DNA from: an uncultured Acidimicrobiales bacterium
GTDB taxonomy: Bacteria; Actinomycetota; Acidimicrobiia; Acidimicrobiales; SZUA-35
Length of the DNA: 64,000 nt
Direction: 5' to 3'
Assembly: GCA_937958015.1 (NCBI GenBank)
Contig: CALGOA010000050.1
Coordinates: forward strand, 221 to 64,220
The notes beneath the pieces are model-generated. The model did not search any database. It saw nothing but the letters and a program-made list of their open reading frames with translations, and was not told the DNA's origin. Positions 39,848-48,900 of this stretch are shown here, piece after piece (position 1 is the stretch's first letter; every line of letters begins with the position of its first letter). The position numbers were made by a program, and so were the translations under genes.

Positions 39848-40485
39848 CGCTGCAGGATTCGGTGCGCGGCACATGCGGCGCCGTAGCCGTTGTCGATTCC
39901 AACGACCGAGATGCCGGGCGCGCAGCTGGCCATCATGGTCAGCAGTGCGGTGACACCTTCGAATGCACTGCCGTATCCGACCGATGTGGGTACCGCAATG
40001 ATCGGCTGGCCCGTGAGTCCGGCGAGCACCGTGGGGAGTGCGCCTTCCATACCCGCAATTGCGATGATGACGTCGGCGTCGTCGAATTCAGATGTGGCCG
40101 ATGTCAGGCGATGCATTCCGGCGACGCCGACGTCGGTGATTCTCCGAACCGCGTGCCCCAGCGAGGTGAGCGTTAGAGCGGCTTCTGCGGCGACGGGCAC
40201 ATCACTGGTACCGGCGCTGACGATGGCGACGGTCCTCCCGCTGTGGGGCCGGTGGTTCCAAGACATCGTGGTGCCTTCTGCTGCGCTCGGAGCGAGCGCT
40301 GCGAGCGAGGGTCGCTGTTCCTCGGTGATCCTGGTGGCGACGACTGCGTCGTCAGCGCCGTCGAGGAGGCCCCGAACGGCATCGACGGTCTGGTCGATCG
40401 ATTTGAACTCGCACAGGACGGCTTCGGGCATCCCGATCCGCATGGTGCGCCCGAGGTCGAGCCGTAGATCAGGCGAGCGCGTCAT
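39844..40485 (-). CDS. larB: Nickel pincer cofactor biosynthesis protein LarB
   Basis: R.G.PE, AGTSD, DVGVAG.HR, AGMEGAL, PTSVGYG, CAPG, IDNGYGA. Confidence 0.92.
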   Translation of the reverse strand: MTRSPDLRLDLGRTMRIGMPEAVLCEFKSIDQTVDAVRGLLDGADDAVVATRITEEQRPSLAALAPSAAEGTTMSWNHRPHSGRTVAIVSAGTSDVPVAAEAALTLTSLGHAVRRITDVGVAGMHRLTSATSEFDDADVIIAIAGMEGALPTVLAGLTGQPIIAVPTSVGYGSAFEGVTALLTMMASCAPGISVVGIDNGYGAACAAHRILQR

Positions 40486-41263
40486 TGAGATTGCCCGATC
40501 GCAGTCCGGCGAGGTCCAACGTGACATAGCGGTAGCCGACTGCTTTCACGTCGGCATCGATGTGAGCGGCCAATTCGATGGCTCGTTCCATCTCGTTTGT
40601 GGGGACTTCGATTCTGGCGGTGTCCTGATAGTGCCGGACTCGAACATCGGAGAACCCAAGCGCCCGCATCGCAGCCTCGGCGCGGTCGATCCGACTGACG
40701 AGAGCGACGGTGACGTTCGTGCCGTAGGGGATTCGGCTGGACAGGCACGGCATGGCTGGCCGATCCCACACCTCGATGCCCCAGTGTTTTGCAATTTGGC
40801 GCACGTCGGACTTGTGGAGTCCGGCCTCGACCAGTGGGAACACGGCGCCGCGTTCTCGGGCCGCTTCCTGGCCGGGCCGATGGTCTCCGAGATCGTCGAC
40901 GTTGACCCCCAGTGCGACGTGGGCACCGCTGTCTTTGGCGATCGGTTCAACCGCGTCCATAAGTGCTGACTTGCACCAGAAGCATCGGTCGGCGTTGTTC
41001 TCCAGATAGCGCTGATCATCGAATTCGCCGGTGGCGACAGCAGTCCAGGGAATGTCCCATCGATCCGTGATCGAACGGCAGTGCTCGGCTTCGCCGGTGG
41101 CCAGGCTTGCTGAGTCGGCGGTGACGGCGTGGACGTTTTCGCGGCCGAGAGCCTTTCGGGCCGCGACCACCAGGAGCGCCGAGTCGACCCCGCCTGAGAA
41201 GGCGACGACCAGCTTCGAATACTCCGCCACGGCCGAGAGAAGGGCCCGCTCTCCAGAACTCAC
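40469..41263 (-). CDS. larE: ATP-dependent sulfur transferase LarE
   Basis: PP-loop SGGVDS, RCFWCK, DD.GDHRPG, PCLSSRIPYG, VRVRH; TACGCT-N6-GTG. Confidence 0.9.
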   Translation of the reverse strand: MSSGERALLSAVAEYSKLVVAFSGGVDSALLVVAARKALGRENVHAVTADSASLATGEAEHCRSITDRWDIPWTAVATGEFDDQRYLENNADRCFWCKSALMDAVEPIAKDSGAHVALGVNVDDLGDHRPGQEAARERGAVFPLVEAGLHKSDVRQIAKHWGIEVWDRPAMPCLSSRIPYGTNVTVALVSRIDRAEAAMRALGFSDVRVRHYQDTARIEVPTNEMERAIELAAHIDADVKAVGYRYVTLDLAGLRSGNLNDALA

Positions 41264-41354
41264 CCGTTGAGCGTACCGATGCCCAGCCGTTAAGGGGCTG
41301 TGCGGGGGCGGCGCCGGGTGAGTGAAACGGCGTCGTCTCGCTACATACTGTGGC

Positions 41355-41942
41355 GTGGCTGATGATCCGGTTTCAAAGTCCGTCGATGTCGCTCGCATCG
41401 AAGCGGCCGTGCGGGAGATCCTGAGCGCGGTGGGGGAGGACCCCGATCGCGATGGTTTGTTGGACACCCCTCGTCGGGTGGCCAAGGCCTACAACGAGAT
41501 CCTCGGCGGGTATCAGGAGAATCCGGCTCAACATCTGGACAAACAGTTCGAGGTCGATCATCGGGAACTGGTGATCGTGAAGGACATCCCGTTCGCATCC
41601 CTGTGTGAACACCACATGCTGCCGTTCATCGGTCGGGCCCACGTGGCCTACATACCCGGCGACTCGGGCAAGGTATGTGGCCTGTCCAAGTTGGCCCGCC
41701 TGGTCGATGGTTACGCCCGTCGTCTGCAGGTGCAGGAGCGCCTGAATATGCAGGTGGCGAATGCGCTGATGGATCGGTTGGGAGCCGAAGGCGCAATGGT
41801 CGTTATGGAGGCCGAACACCTGTGTATGTCGATGCGGGGGGTTCGTAAGCCCGGAGCGATGACAACGACCTCGGCGATCCGGGGATGTCTGAAGGACAGC
41901 GCCGCCAGCCGCGCCGAAGCCCTCAGCCTCATCAACGCCTGA
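41355..41942 (+). CDS. folE: GTP cyclohydrolase I
   Basis: [47 protein letters not shown]. Confidence 0.95.
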   Translation: MADDPVSKSVDVARIEAAVREILSAVGEDPDRDGLLDTPRRVAKAYNEILGGYQENPAQHLDKQFEVDHRELVIVKDIPFASLCEHHMLPFIGRAHVAYIPGDSGKVCGLSKLARLVDGYARRLQVQERLNMQVANALMDRLGAEGAMVVMEAEHLCMSMRGVRKPGAMTTTSAIRGCLKDSAASRAEALSLINA

Positions 41943-41960
41943 CCCACCCTCCCCCCAAAT

Positions 41961-42032
41961 TTCTGCTGGCCACTACAAGTCTCGTAGTCCTCGGCAGACA
42001 GAACGAGAAGTTGTGGTCGCTGGCAGACAGAA
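41961..42032. repeat. Degenerate intergenic hairpin/repeat with TTCTG...CAGAA ends
   Basis: ggcagacagaa twice (41993, 42022); imperfect complementarity of ttctgctggccac with gtggtcgctggcagacagaa. Confidence 0.4.
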
Positions 42033-42077
42033 GCGAATTCTTTCTGCACTTCGACCGTGGTGTGAAACACTCCAACG

Positions 42078-42623
42078 ATGGGAAGAGCGTTCGAGTCAAT
42101 CACGTCGCCAATGCGGTCGTTCATCGAGGCCCAGCATGTCTTCTTCGTTGGGACAGCACCGGCGGGGGCGGACGGCCACGTGAATCTCTCGCCGAAGGGG
42201 TACGACTGCTTTCGGATTCTCGGTGATAACCGGGTGGCATATCTCGATCTCACGGGCAGCGGAGCCGAAACGATCGCCCATGTGCGGGAGAACCAGCGGA
42301 TCACGTTCATGTTCTGTGCCTTCGAGGGCAAGCCGAACATCGTGCGGTTGTATGGCACCGGCGCTGTCCATCGACCGGGGGACCCCGAGTGGGACGAACT
42401 TCGATCGATGTTCGAGACCGACGGTGCGGTGAGGTCGATCATCACTTCTGACGTCCATCGAACCTCGAGCTCGTGCGGCTTTTCCGTTCCGTTCATGGAC
42501 TTCCGGGAGGAGCGGAGCCGTCTCATCGATTGGGCTCAGGACAAATCCGAAGAGGACCTCAGCGACTACTGGGCTTTGAAAAACTCCACCTCGATCGACG
42601 GTCTTCCCGCCGTCGACAAGTAG
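42078..42623 (+). CDS. Pyridoxamine 5'-phosphate oxidase family (split-barrel flavin-binding) protein
   Basis: FFVGTA, NLSPKG, YLDLTGSG.ET.AH, MFCAFEG, SCGF.VP, N..SIDGLP. Confidence 0.87.
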   Translation: MGRAFESITSPMRSFIEAQHVFFVGTAPAGADGHVNLSPKGYDCFRILGDNRVAYLDLTGSGAETIAHVRENQRITFMFCAFEGKPNIVRLYGTGAVHRPGDPEWDELRSMFETDGAVRSIITSDVHRTSSSCGFSVPFMDFREERSRLIDWAQDKSEEDLSDYWALKNSTSIDGLPAVDK

Positions 42624-42632
42624 GGAGCGGGC

Positions 42633-43964
42633 GTGGCCTCTGACCCGAATCACTCGAGCGCAACCTCGACGCACGAGTCGGGTCAACGCTGGTCCAACTG
42701 GTCCGGAAACGTCTCCTTTGCGCCAGATCGGTTCAGTCGTCCCCGCACGGTCGACGACGTGGTCGACACGGTGCGATCCTCCCCCGGTCGAATTCGCACC
42801 GTCGGATCGGGCCACTCCTTTACCGAACTCGCTGTCACCGACGGCACCCTCGTCTCGCTCAGCGATCTCGAGGGTGATGTGTCGGGGGTCGACCCCGTCA
42901 ATCACCGGGCCTTGCTCAACGCCGGGGCCACACTGAACCGCCTGTCACGTTCTCTCGAGAGCTACGGATTGGGATTCAAGAACCTGGGCGATGTGGATGT
43001 TCAGTCCCTCGCCGGCGCGATCTCAACCGGCACGCACGGCACCGGTCGTACGCTGCCGTGCCTTTCGGCCGAACTTTCGGCGATCACGGTCGTGTTGGCG
43101 GATGGAGAGGTGCTGCGCATCGGCGATGGTGAGAACGATCACCTTCTTCCGGCAGCCCGGGTCTCCCTTGGATCACTCGGGATCATTGTGGATGCGACTG
43201 TGGATCTCCGCCCTGCGTACAAACTGCACCGAAGGACGTTCGTGCAGCCACTGACCGAGACGTTGGCCGACGCAACCAGCATGTGGGAGAAGCACCGAAA
43301 CTACGAGTTCTTCTATCTTCCGTTTTGCGACTACGCCTTCAACATCGTCCACGACATCACCACCGAACCCGACCGGTCCGAGGGTGGCGCGGGAGACGAG
43401 GATGCCCTTCGAGATCTGCGGCGGGTGAGAGGTGTCCTCCGGAGGGCCGGCCGGCTGCGGAGGACTCTTCTCAATCAGGTGGCAAAGCGCGCTCCCGCAG
43501 AAGATGTGATCGGCCCCAGTTGGCAGCTGCTGGCAAATGAGCGCACGTCGAAGTTCAACGAGATGGAATATCATGTGCCGGTCGAAAGCGGCATGGAGGC
43601 GTTCGAAGAGATCGTCGCTGCGGTCGAGGCGAATCCACTCGTGTACTTTCCGGTCGAGTGCCGTCGAACGGCCGGGGACTCTGCCTGGTTGAGTCCGTTC
43701 CAGGGTGGTGAGCGGGTGTCGATTGCGGTCCACATCGCTGAGGGGGACGACTATCGATGGTTGTTCGAAGTCATCGAGCCGATCCTTCGCCGTCACGGCG
43801 GTCGGCCGCACTGGGGCAAGTTGCACTCGATGACGGCTCGGGAACTCGCCGAGCTCTACCCCGACTTCCCCAAGTTCGCTGCGGTCAGAAAGGAACTCGA
43901 CCCCACGGGCCGGTTCCTGAATCCGCACACGGCAGAGCTGTGGGGAGAGCCGTTCGGTGAGTGA
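42633..43964 (+). CDS. FAD-linked oxidoreductase, D-arabinono-1,4-lactone oxidase family
   Basis: WSNWSG, GSGHS, GAISTGTHG, EMEY, GGRPHWGK, DP.G.FLN. Confidence 0.9.
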   Translation: MASDPNHSSATSTHESGQRWSNWSGNVSFAPDRFSRPRTVDDVVDTVRSSPGRIRTVGSGHSFTELAVTDGTLVSLSDLEGDVSGVDPVNHRALLNAGATLNRLSRSLESYGLGFKNLGDVDVQSLAGAISTGTHGTGRTLPCLSAELSAITVVLADGEVLRIGDGENDHLLPAARVSLGSLGIIVDATVDLRPAYKLHRRTFVQPLTETLADATSMWEKHRNYEFFYLPFCDYAFNIVHDITTEPDRSEGGAGDEDALRDLRRVRGVLRRAGRLRRTLLNQVAKRAPAEDVIGPSWQLLANERTSKFNEMEYHVPVESGMEAFEEIVAAVEANPLVYFPVECRRTAGDSAWLSPFQGGERVSIAVHIAEGDDYRWLFEVIEPILRRHGGRPHWGKLHSMTARELAELYPDFPKFAAVRKELDPTGRFLNPHTAELWGEPFGE

Positions 43965-45147
43965 GCTCCCTGACCTTGACGGCTACTTCGGATCGATCCG
44001 AACGGCGCTGACCGAAGCCGGCTTCAACCAGCCGGTGGTGGTCATCGACAAGTCCCGGCTCGATGCGAACCTGAACACTCTTCAACAGACCCTGCCAAGC
44101 CAGTTGGCCGTGCGGGTCGTCGCCAAGTCCCTGCCCTCGCTTCCGCTGATTCAGCACGTGGCTGATCATCTGGGGACCGATCGGCTGATGACGTTCAATC
44201 TGCCGATGTTGCAGCAGCTGAGCCACCAGATGCCCCAAGCCGATCAGTTGCTGGGGAAGCCTTTTCCGGTTTCAGCTGCCGCGCAGTTCTACCGGGATGC
44301 GGGTGCTGAGGCAAACGAACGGGTCCGGTGGCTGATCGATACGGAGGAGCGGCTCGGCCAGTATGAGGCGTTGGCGAGTGAGGTCGGGGTCCGCATTCGG
44401 GTCTGTCTTGAACTGGACGTCGGTCTTCATCGAGGCGGATTCGATCCCGGGTCTACGTTGCGCGACGCCCTTTATCGAGTCAACGCCAGCGACGATCTGG
44501 AGTTCTCCGGTTTCATGGGGTACGAGGCTCACCTTGCCAAGATCCCCGAGCTCGGCCGGTTGCGGGACAAGGCCCTGCAGCAGTCGATGGAGTTGTACTC
44601 CGAATCGATAGATCTCGCGTCGGCGATCCTCGGGGCCGATCGGGTCGAGGGCGTGGTACGGAACTCGGCCGGCAGCATGACCTACCGTCTGCACGATGGA
44701 AGCGATATCGCAAACGAGACGTCGATTGGATCCGTGCTACTGAAGGGCACCGACTTCGATCTCGATCTTCTGGAACCGTTCGAGCCGGCGGTGTTCATCG
44801 CCACCACTGTGCTCAAGGTTCTTGACTCGATCAGGCTTCCCGGCCTCGACTTTGCCCAGACGATCACCGATCGTTTGAGCTCGAAACGAAAGACGCTGTT
44901 TGTTCACGGTGGCCATTGGCTGGCTGAACCGGAGTTCCCGGTCGGGATGTCCAACTACTCCCTCTGGGGCCGGTCCAGCAACCAGGAGATGTTCCACGTC
45001 GATCTGGCGACATCGGTCGCTCCGGATGACTTCGTGTTCCTCCGGCCTCATCAAACCGAAGCCGTGTTGCTGCAGTTCGGAGATATCGCCGTCTACGAGA
45101 ACGGTTCGATCGTGGATTCCTGGCCGACACTGGCGGTGTCGGCGTAG
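43957..45147 (+). CDS. Fold-type III PLP-dependent enzyme (DSD1/alanine racemase-like)
   Basis: RVVAKSLPS (PLP Lys), ELDVGLHRGG, GFMGYEAH, SNQE; overlaps the upstream oxidase. Confidence 0.85.
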   Translation: MSELPDLDGYFGSIRTALTEAGFNQPVVVIDKSRLDANLNTLQQTLPSQLAVRVVAKSLPSLPLIQHVADHLGTDRLMTFNLPMLQQLSHQMPQADQLLGKPFPVSAAAQFYRDAGAEANERVRWLIDTEERLGQYEALASEVGVRIRVCLELDVGLHRGGFDPGSTLRDALYRVNASDDLEFSGFMGYEAHLAKIPELGRLRDKALQQSMELYSESIDLASAILGADRVEGVVRNSAGSMTYRLHDGSDIANETSIGSVLLKGTDFDLDLLEPFEPAVFIATTVLKVLDSIRLPGLDFAQTITDRLSSKRKTLFVHGGHWLAEPEFPVGMSNYSLWGRSSNQEMFHVDLATSVAPDDFVFLRPHQTEAVLLQFGDIAVYENGSIVDSWPTLAVSA

Positions 45148-45157
45148 CGCGCCGCGA

Positions 45158-45775
45158 TCAAACCGACAGGAGTGTGTGACCATCCAGCGCTCGTTGGGCC
45201 ATCACCGCCAGGACCACCCAGTAGCCGTCGGTTCCCTCCACCAGATCGCTTTGGCGGATCGATTCGGCCCCGGAATCGGTTGCGGTAGACGGTACCGAGA
45301 CCTCGTAAGCGGGGTCCTGGAGGATCTGGAGTAGGTCAGCGGCGGAAATGTCGACAAGTCCTGCCACTTCGTCGAGCGGTGGGCGGTAGTCCTGGATTGG
45401 CCGATCGTCGAGCACGAAGAACACGTTGACCCGCTCGCGATTCTGGCCCTCCCCGTTGTCATCAGCCAGCAATCGTGTGCCGAGCGAAATCAATCGGTCG
45501 GGGTCCAGCGGAACGCCGAGTTCCTCTTCGAACTCTCGAAGTCCATCGAGCGGGGTTTCGCCTGCGGCCAGATGTCCGGTGACCGACAGGTCGAGTTGAT
45601 TGGGGAAGGCGGCTTTGGTCGCGGCTCGGCGTTGGAGAACGATGGAACGGTTCGAGGGTCGAAGTACGAGGCAGTGGAAGACCTGATGCCATGATCCTTG
45701 GGCATGCACGGCGGATCTGTCCGCTTCGCCGATCACCGCCCCGGTAGCGGGACTGACGATGTCGATCTTCTCCAC
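45158..45775 (-). CDS. NUDIX hydrolase (IDI-like)
   Basis: H..G.WH..FHC, LQRR...K..FP..LD.SV.GH..AGE....G.RE.EEELG. Confidence 0.85.
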   Translation of the reverse strand: MEKIDIVSPATGAVIGEADRSAVHAQGSWHQVFHCLVLRPSNRSIVLQRRAATKAAFPNQLDLSVTGHLAAGETPLDGLREFEEELGVPLDPDRLISLGTRLLADDNGEGQNRERVNVFFVLDDRPIQDYRPPLDEVAGLVDISAADLLQILQDPAYEVSVPSTATDSGAESIRQSDLVEGTDGYWVVLAVMAQRALDGHTLLSV

Positions 45776-45821
45776 CTCGGCGAGGATACCGATTCGATCG
45801 TGGGCCTAAGGGTTCGTTCTG

Positions 45822-45888
45822 CCTGATGGGAGCGACATCGAGCGCGTTCTACCCCGTGTAGAGGCCGTCAGATGTAGTGCCCATCAGG
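45822..45888. repeat. Imperfect long hairpin upstream of the dnaE2 promoter
   Basis: cctgatgggagcgacatc ... gatgtagtgcccatcagg (15/18), inner tctac/gtaga stem. Confidence 0.6.
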
Positions 45889-45917
45889 AATTTGCAGGTG
45901 GGTGGGGCTGGACGAAG

Positions 45918-45938
45918 CGAACATGTGTTCGGTATCAT
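45918..45938 (+). promoter_or_regulatory. LexA (SOS) box and -10 of dnaE2
   Basis: CGAACATGTGTTCG followed by TATCAT, 9 nt before ATG 45948. Confidence 0.88.
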
Positions 45939-45947
45939 CGACGCCCT

Positions 45948-48900
45948 ATGGGATGGATGAATCCGCCGAAGCCGTGGAAGGAGATCGAACAAGCGCTGTC
46001 GGATCGTCCTATCCAAACCCCGGTCCAAAAGGAAGACTTTCCGGCCTGGGCCAATGGTGGGGATTCGCCGGCATGGAGCAGAAAGCGGCACAGCTATGAG
46101 GCGCCGGAGGGCCTTCGGGGCATGCGAGGGGCAACCCCCTATGCCGAACTGCACTGTCATTCCAGCTTCAGTTTCCTGGACGGGGCGTCGGACCCTGAAG
46201 ACCTCGTGGAGGAGGCGGCTCGACTGGGTCTGGAGGCTCTTGCAATCACCGATCACGATGGTTTCTACGCCGTTCCCCGGTTCGCTGAGGCGGCGAAGGC
46301 CGTGGGCCTTCCAACGATCTTCGGAGCGGAGCTTTCGATGGGTATTCCGCGACCGCCCAAATCAGGAGCTGACCCGGCCCCCGATCCCCACGGTGCTCAC
46401 CTGCTTCTGTTGGCTCGGGATCCCAAGGGATACGCCGCGTTGGCCAGAGTGATCAGCGAATCACAGCTGGCCGGCGAAAAGACCGCTCCCAACATGACCT
46501 TTGCCGATCTGGACCGATGGTTGCAGCCCGGTGAGGCCCGACATCTCCTGGCTCTCACCGGCTGTCGTAAGGGGACGGTTCGATCGGCCCTCGAAGCGGA
46601 GGGCCCGGCGGCAGCCGACCGCGAACTCTCCCATCTGATCGATGTCTTTGGTGCCGACGGTGTTGTTGTCGAACTCTGGGATCACGGTTCACCGTTGGAC
46701 TCGGCCCGCAACGACGCTCTGGTCCAGTTGGCCGCTCGACGAGGGCTGGCGGTGGTTGCCAGCAACAACGTCCACTACGCCACACCGGCCAAACACAAGC
46801 TGGCGTCGGCTATGGCGGCGGTTCGATCCCGGTCGTCGCTCGACGACATGGCTGGCTGGCTTCCGCCGTCGGCGGGGGCCCATCTTCGATCCGGGGCCGA
46901 ACAGTCCCGGCGGTTCGCCCGTTATCCGGGGTCGGTCGAAATGGCCGCCGAAATCGGGTTGAGCTGTGCCTTCGATCTTGCCCTGGTGGCGCCGCAGTTG
47001 CCGCCCTATCCCACCCCCGACGGGATGGATGAAATGGCGTTCCTGCGACATCTCGTCGAAGAGGGTGGGGTTCATCGTTACGGCACTCGTGGTGATGAGT
47101 GTGTTCCGGGAGCCTGGAAGCAGCTCGATCACGAGTTGGACCTGATCGAACATCTCGGCTTCGCCGGCTACTTCTTGGTGGTGTGGGACATCGTCGAGTT
47201 CTGCCGGAACGCCGACATCCTCTGTCAGGGCCGGGGGAGTGCTGCCAACTCAGCGGTCTGTTACGTGCTCGGGATCACCAAGGCCGATGCGGTAAGTCTC
47301 GGGCTGTTGTTCGAACGGTTTCTGGCTCCCGAACGTGATGGACCTCCTGATATCGATCTTGATATCGAGTCGGACCGCCGAGAAGAGGCGATCCAGTATG
47401 TCTATGAGAAACATGGACGACGTCACGCTGCGCAGGTTGCCAACGTGATCACCTACCGGTCCCGGTCCGCTGTTCGAGATGCAGCCAAGGCGCTTGGATA
47501 TGCCCCCGGCCAGCAGGACGCATTCAGTAAGTCGATCGATGGTTGGACCGGACTGAAAGCTCAAGTGTGTGCGGAACGGGCATCGGCCGGTGCGCCCGTC
47601 GTCGCCCGTCAACAGCGGGGCAACAGCTCGGGTTATTCCTCAGGACCTGCCCCTGAACCCCTTCCATCCGCTCGTGTTGCGACCCGGCAGCGAGGAACGA
47701 GGGGAGGCGAGCAGGGGCAAGGTAGTGAATTGCCTGACGATGTGGTCGAGTTGGCGATGGAATTCGAGAACCTGCCCCGCCACCTTGGAATCCATTCGGG
47801 CGGGATGGTGATGTGCGATCGGCCGGTGATCGAGGTGTGTCCTGTCGAGTGGGGGCGGATGCAGGATCGGACTGTTCTTCAGTGGGACAAGGAAGACTGT
47901 GCAATCGCCGGTCTGGTCAAGTTCGATCTGCTCGGCCTCGGAATGCTGAGCGCCCTTCACTACGCCGTCGATCTGATCGAGGAACATCACGACACCCGGC
48001 TCGATCTTGCTGCACTGCCCCAGGAGGACGAGGTGTACGAAATGCTCTGCCGGGCCGATTCGGTTGGTGTCTTCCAGATCGAATCACGCGCCCAGATGAG
48101 CACCCTGCCCCGTCTGAAGCCCCGGAATTTCTACGACCTCGTTGTGGAGATCGCGCTCATTCGTCCCGGGCCGATTCAAGGTGGGTCCGTCCATCCCTAT
48201 ATTCGCAGACGCAACGGTCAGGAGCCGGTGACGTATCTTCACCCCCTCCTGAAACCGGCACTGGAGAAGACGCTTGGGATCCCTCTGTTTCAGGAGCAGC
48301 TGATGCAGATGGCAATCGATGTATCGGGGTTCAGTCCGGCCGAGGCGGATGAACTTCGACGGGCCATGGGTTCCAAACGCAGCGTGGCTCGAATGACCAA
48401 TCTGAAGGAACGGCTCTGTGCCGGCATGGCCGAGCGGGGTATCGACGAAGACATCCAGGAGCAGATCTGGGTCAAGTTGGTCGCCTTTGCCAACTACGGC
48501 TTTCCCGAGAGCCATTCGATCTCGTTCGCCTACCTGGTGTACGCATCCAGTTGGATCAAACTCCACTACCCGGCAGCGTTCTGTGCCGCTCTCCTCAATG
48601 CGCAGCCGATGGGTTTCTATTCACCTCATTCCCTGGTGCAGGACGCCCGTCGCCACGGTGTCCCCACCCTCACCCCCGACATCAATCTCTCCGGTGCCGA
48701 CGCCGATCTCTGCTATCCCTCCGGGGGCCGTTCCGTCGCCACGGAGGCGCAGCCTCCGGGCGTTCCACAAGGCGCTCCATCAGATGTCACCGGTCCAAAC
48801 AATCCATCCCTCATCCCTCCGGGAGGACGCAACGACTGTTCCGTCGCCACGGAGGCGCAGCCTCTGGACGTTCCACAAAGCGCTCCATCAGATTCGGTTC

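Noticed and set aside
40469-41942. larE + folE as a queuosine/7-deazaguanine (QueC-like) module
   Set aside because: The PP-loop protein has LarE motifs and overlaps larB; there is no queD, queE, queF or tgt/dpdA in the window.
48730-48893. CRISPR-like repeat-spacer-repeat
   Set aside because: Only two 56-bp units, in frame inside a coding gene, and no cas genes in the window.
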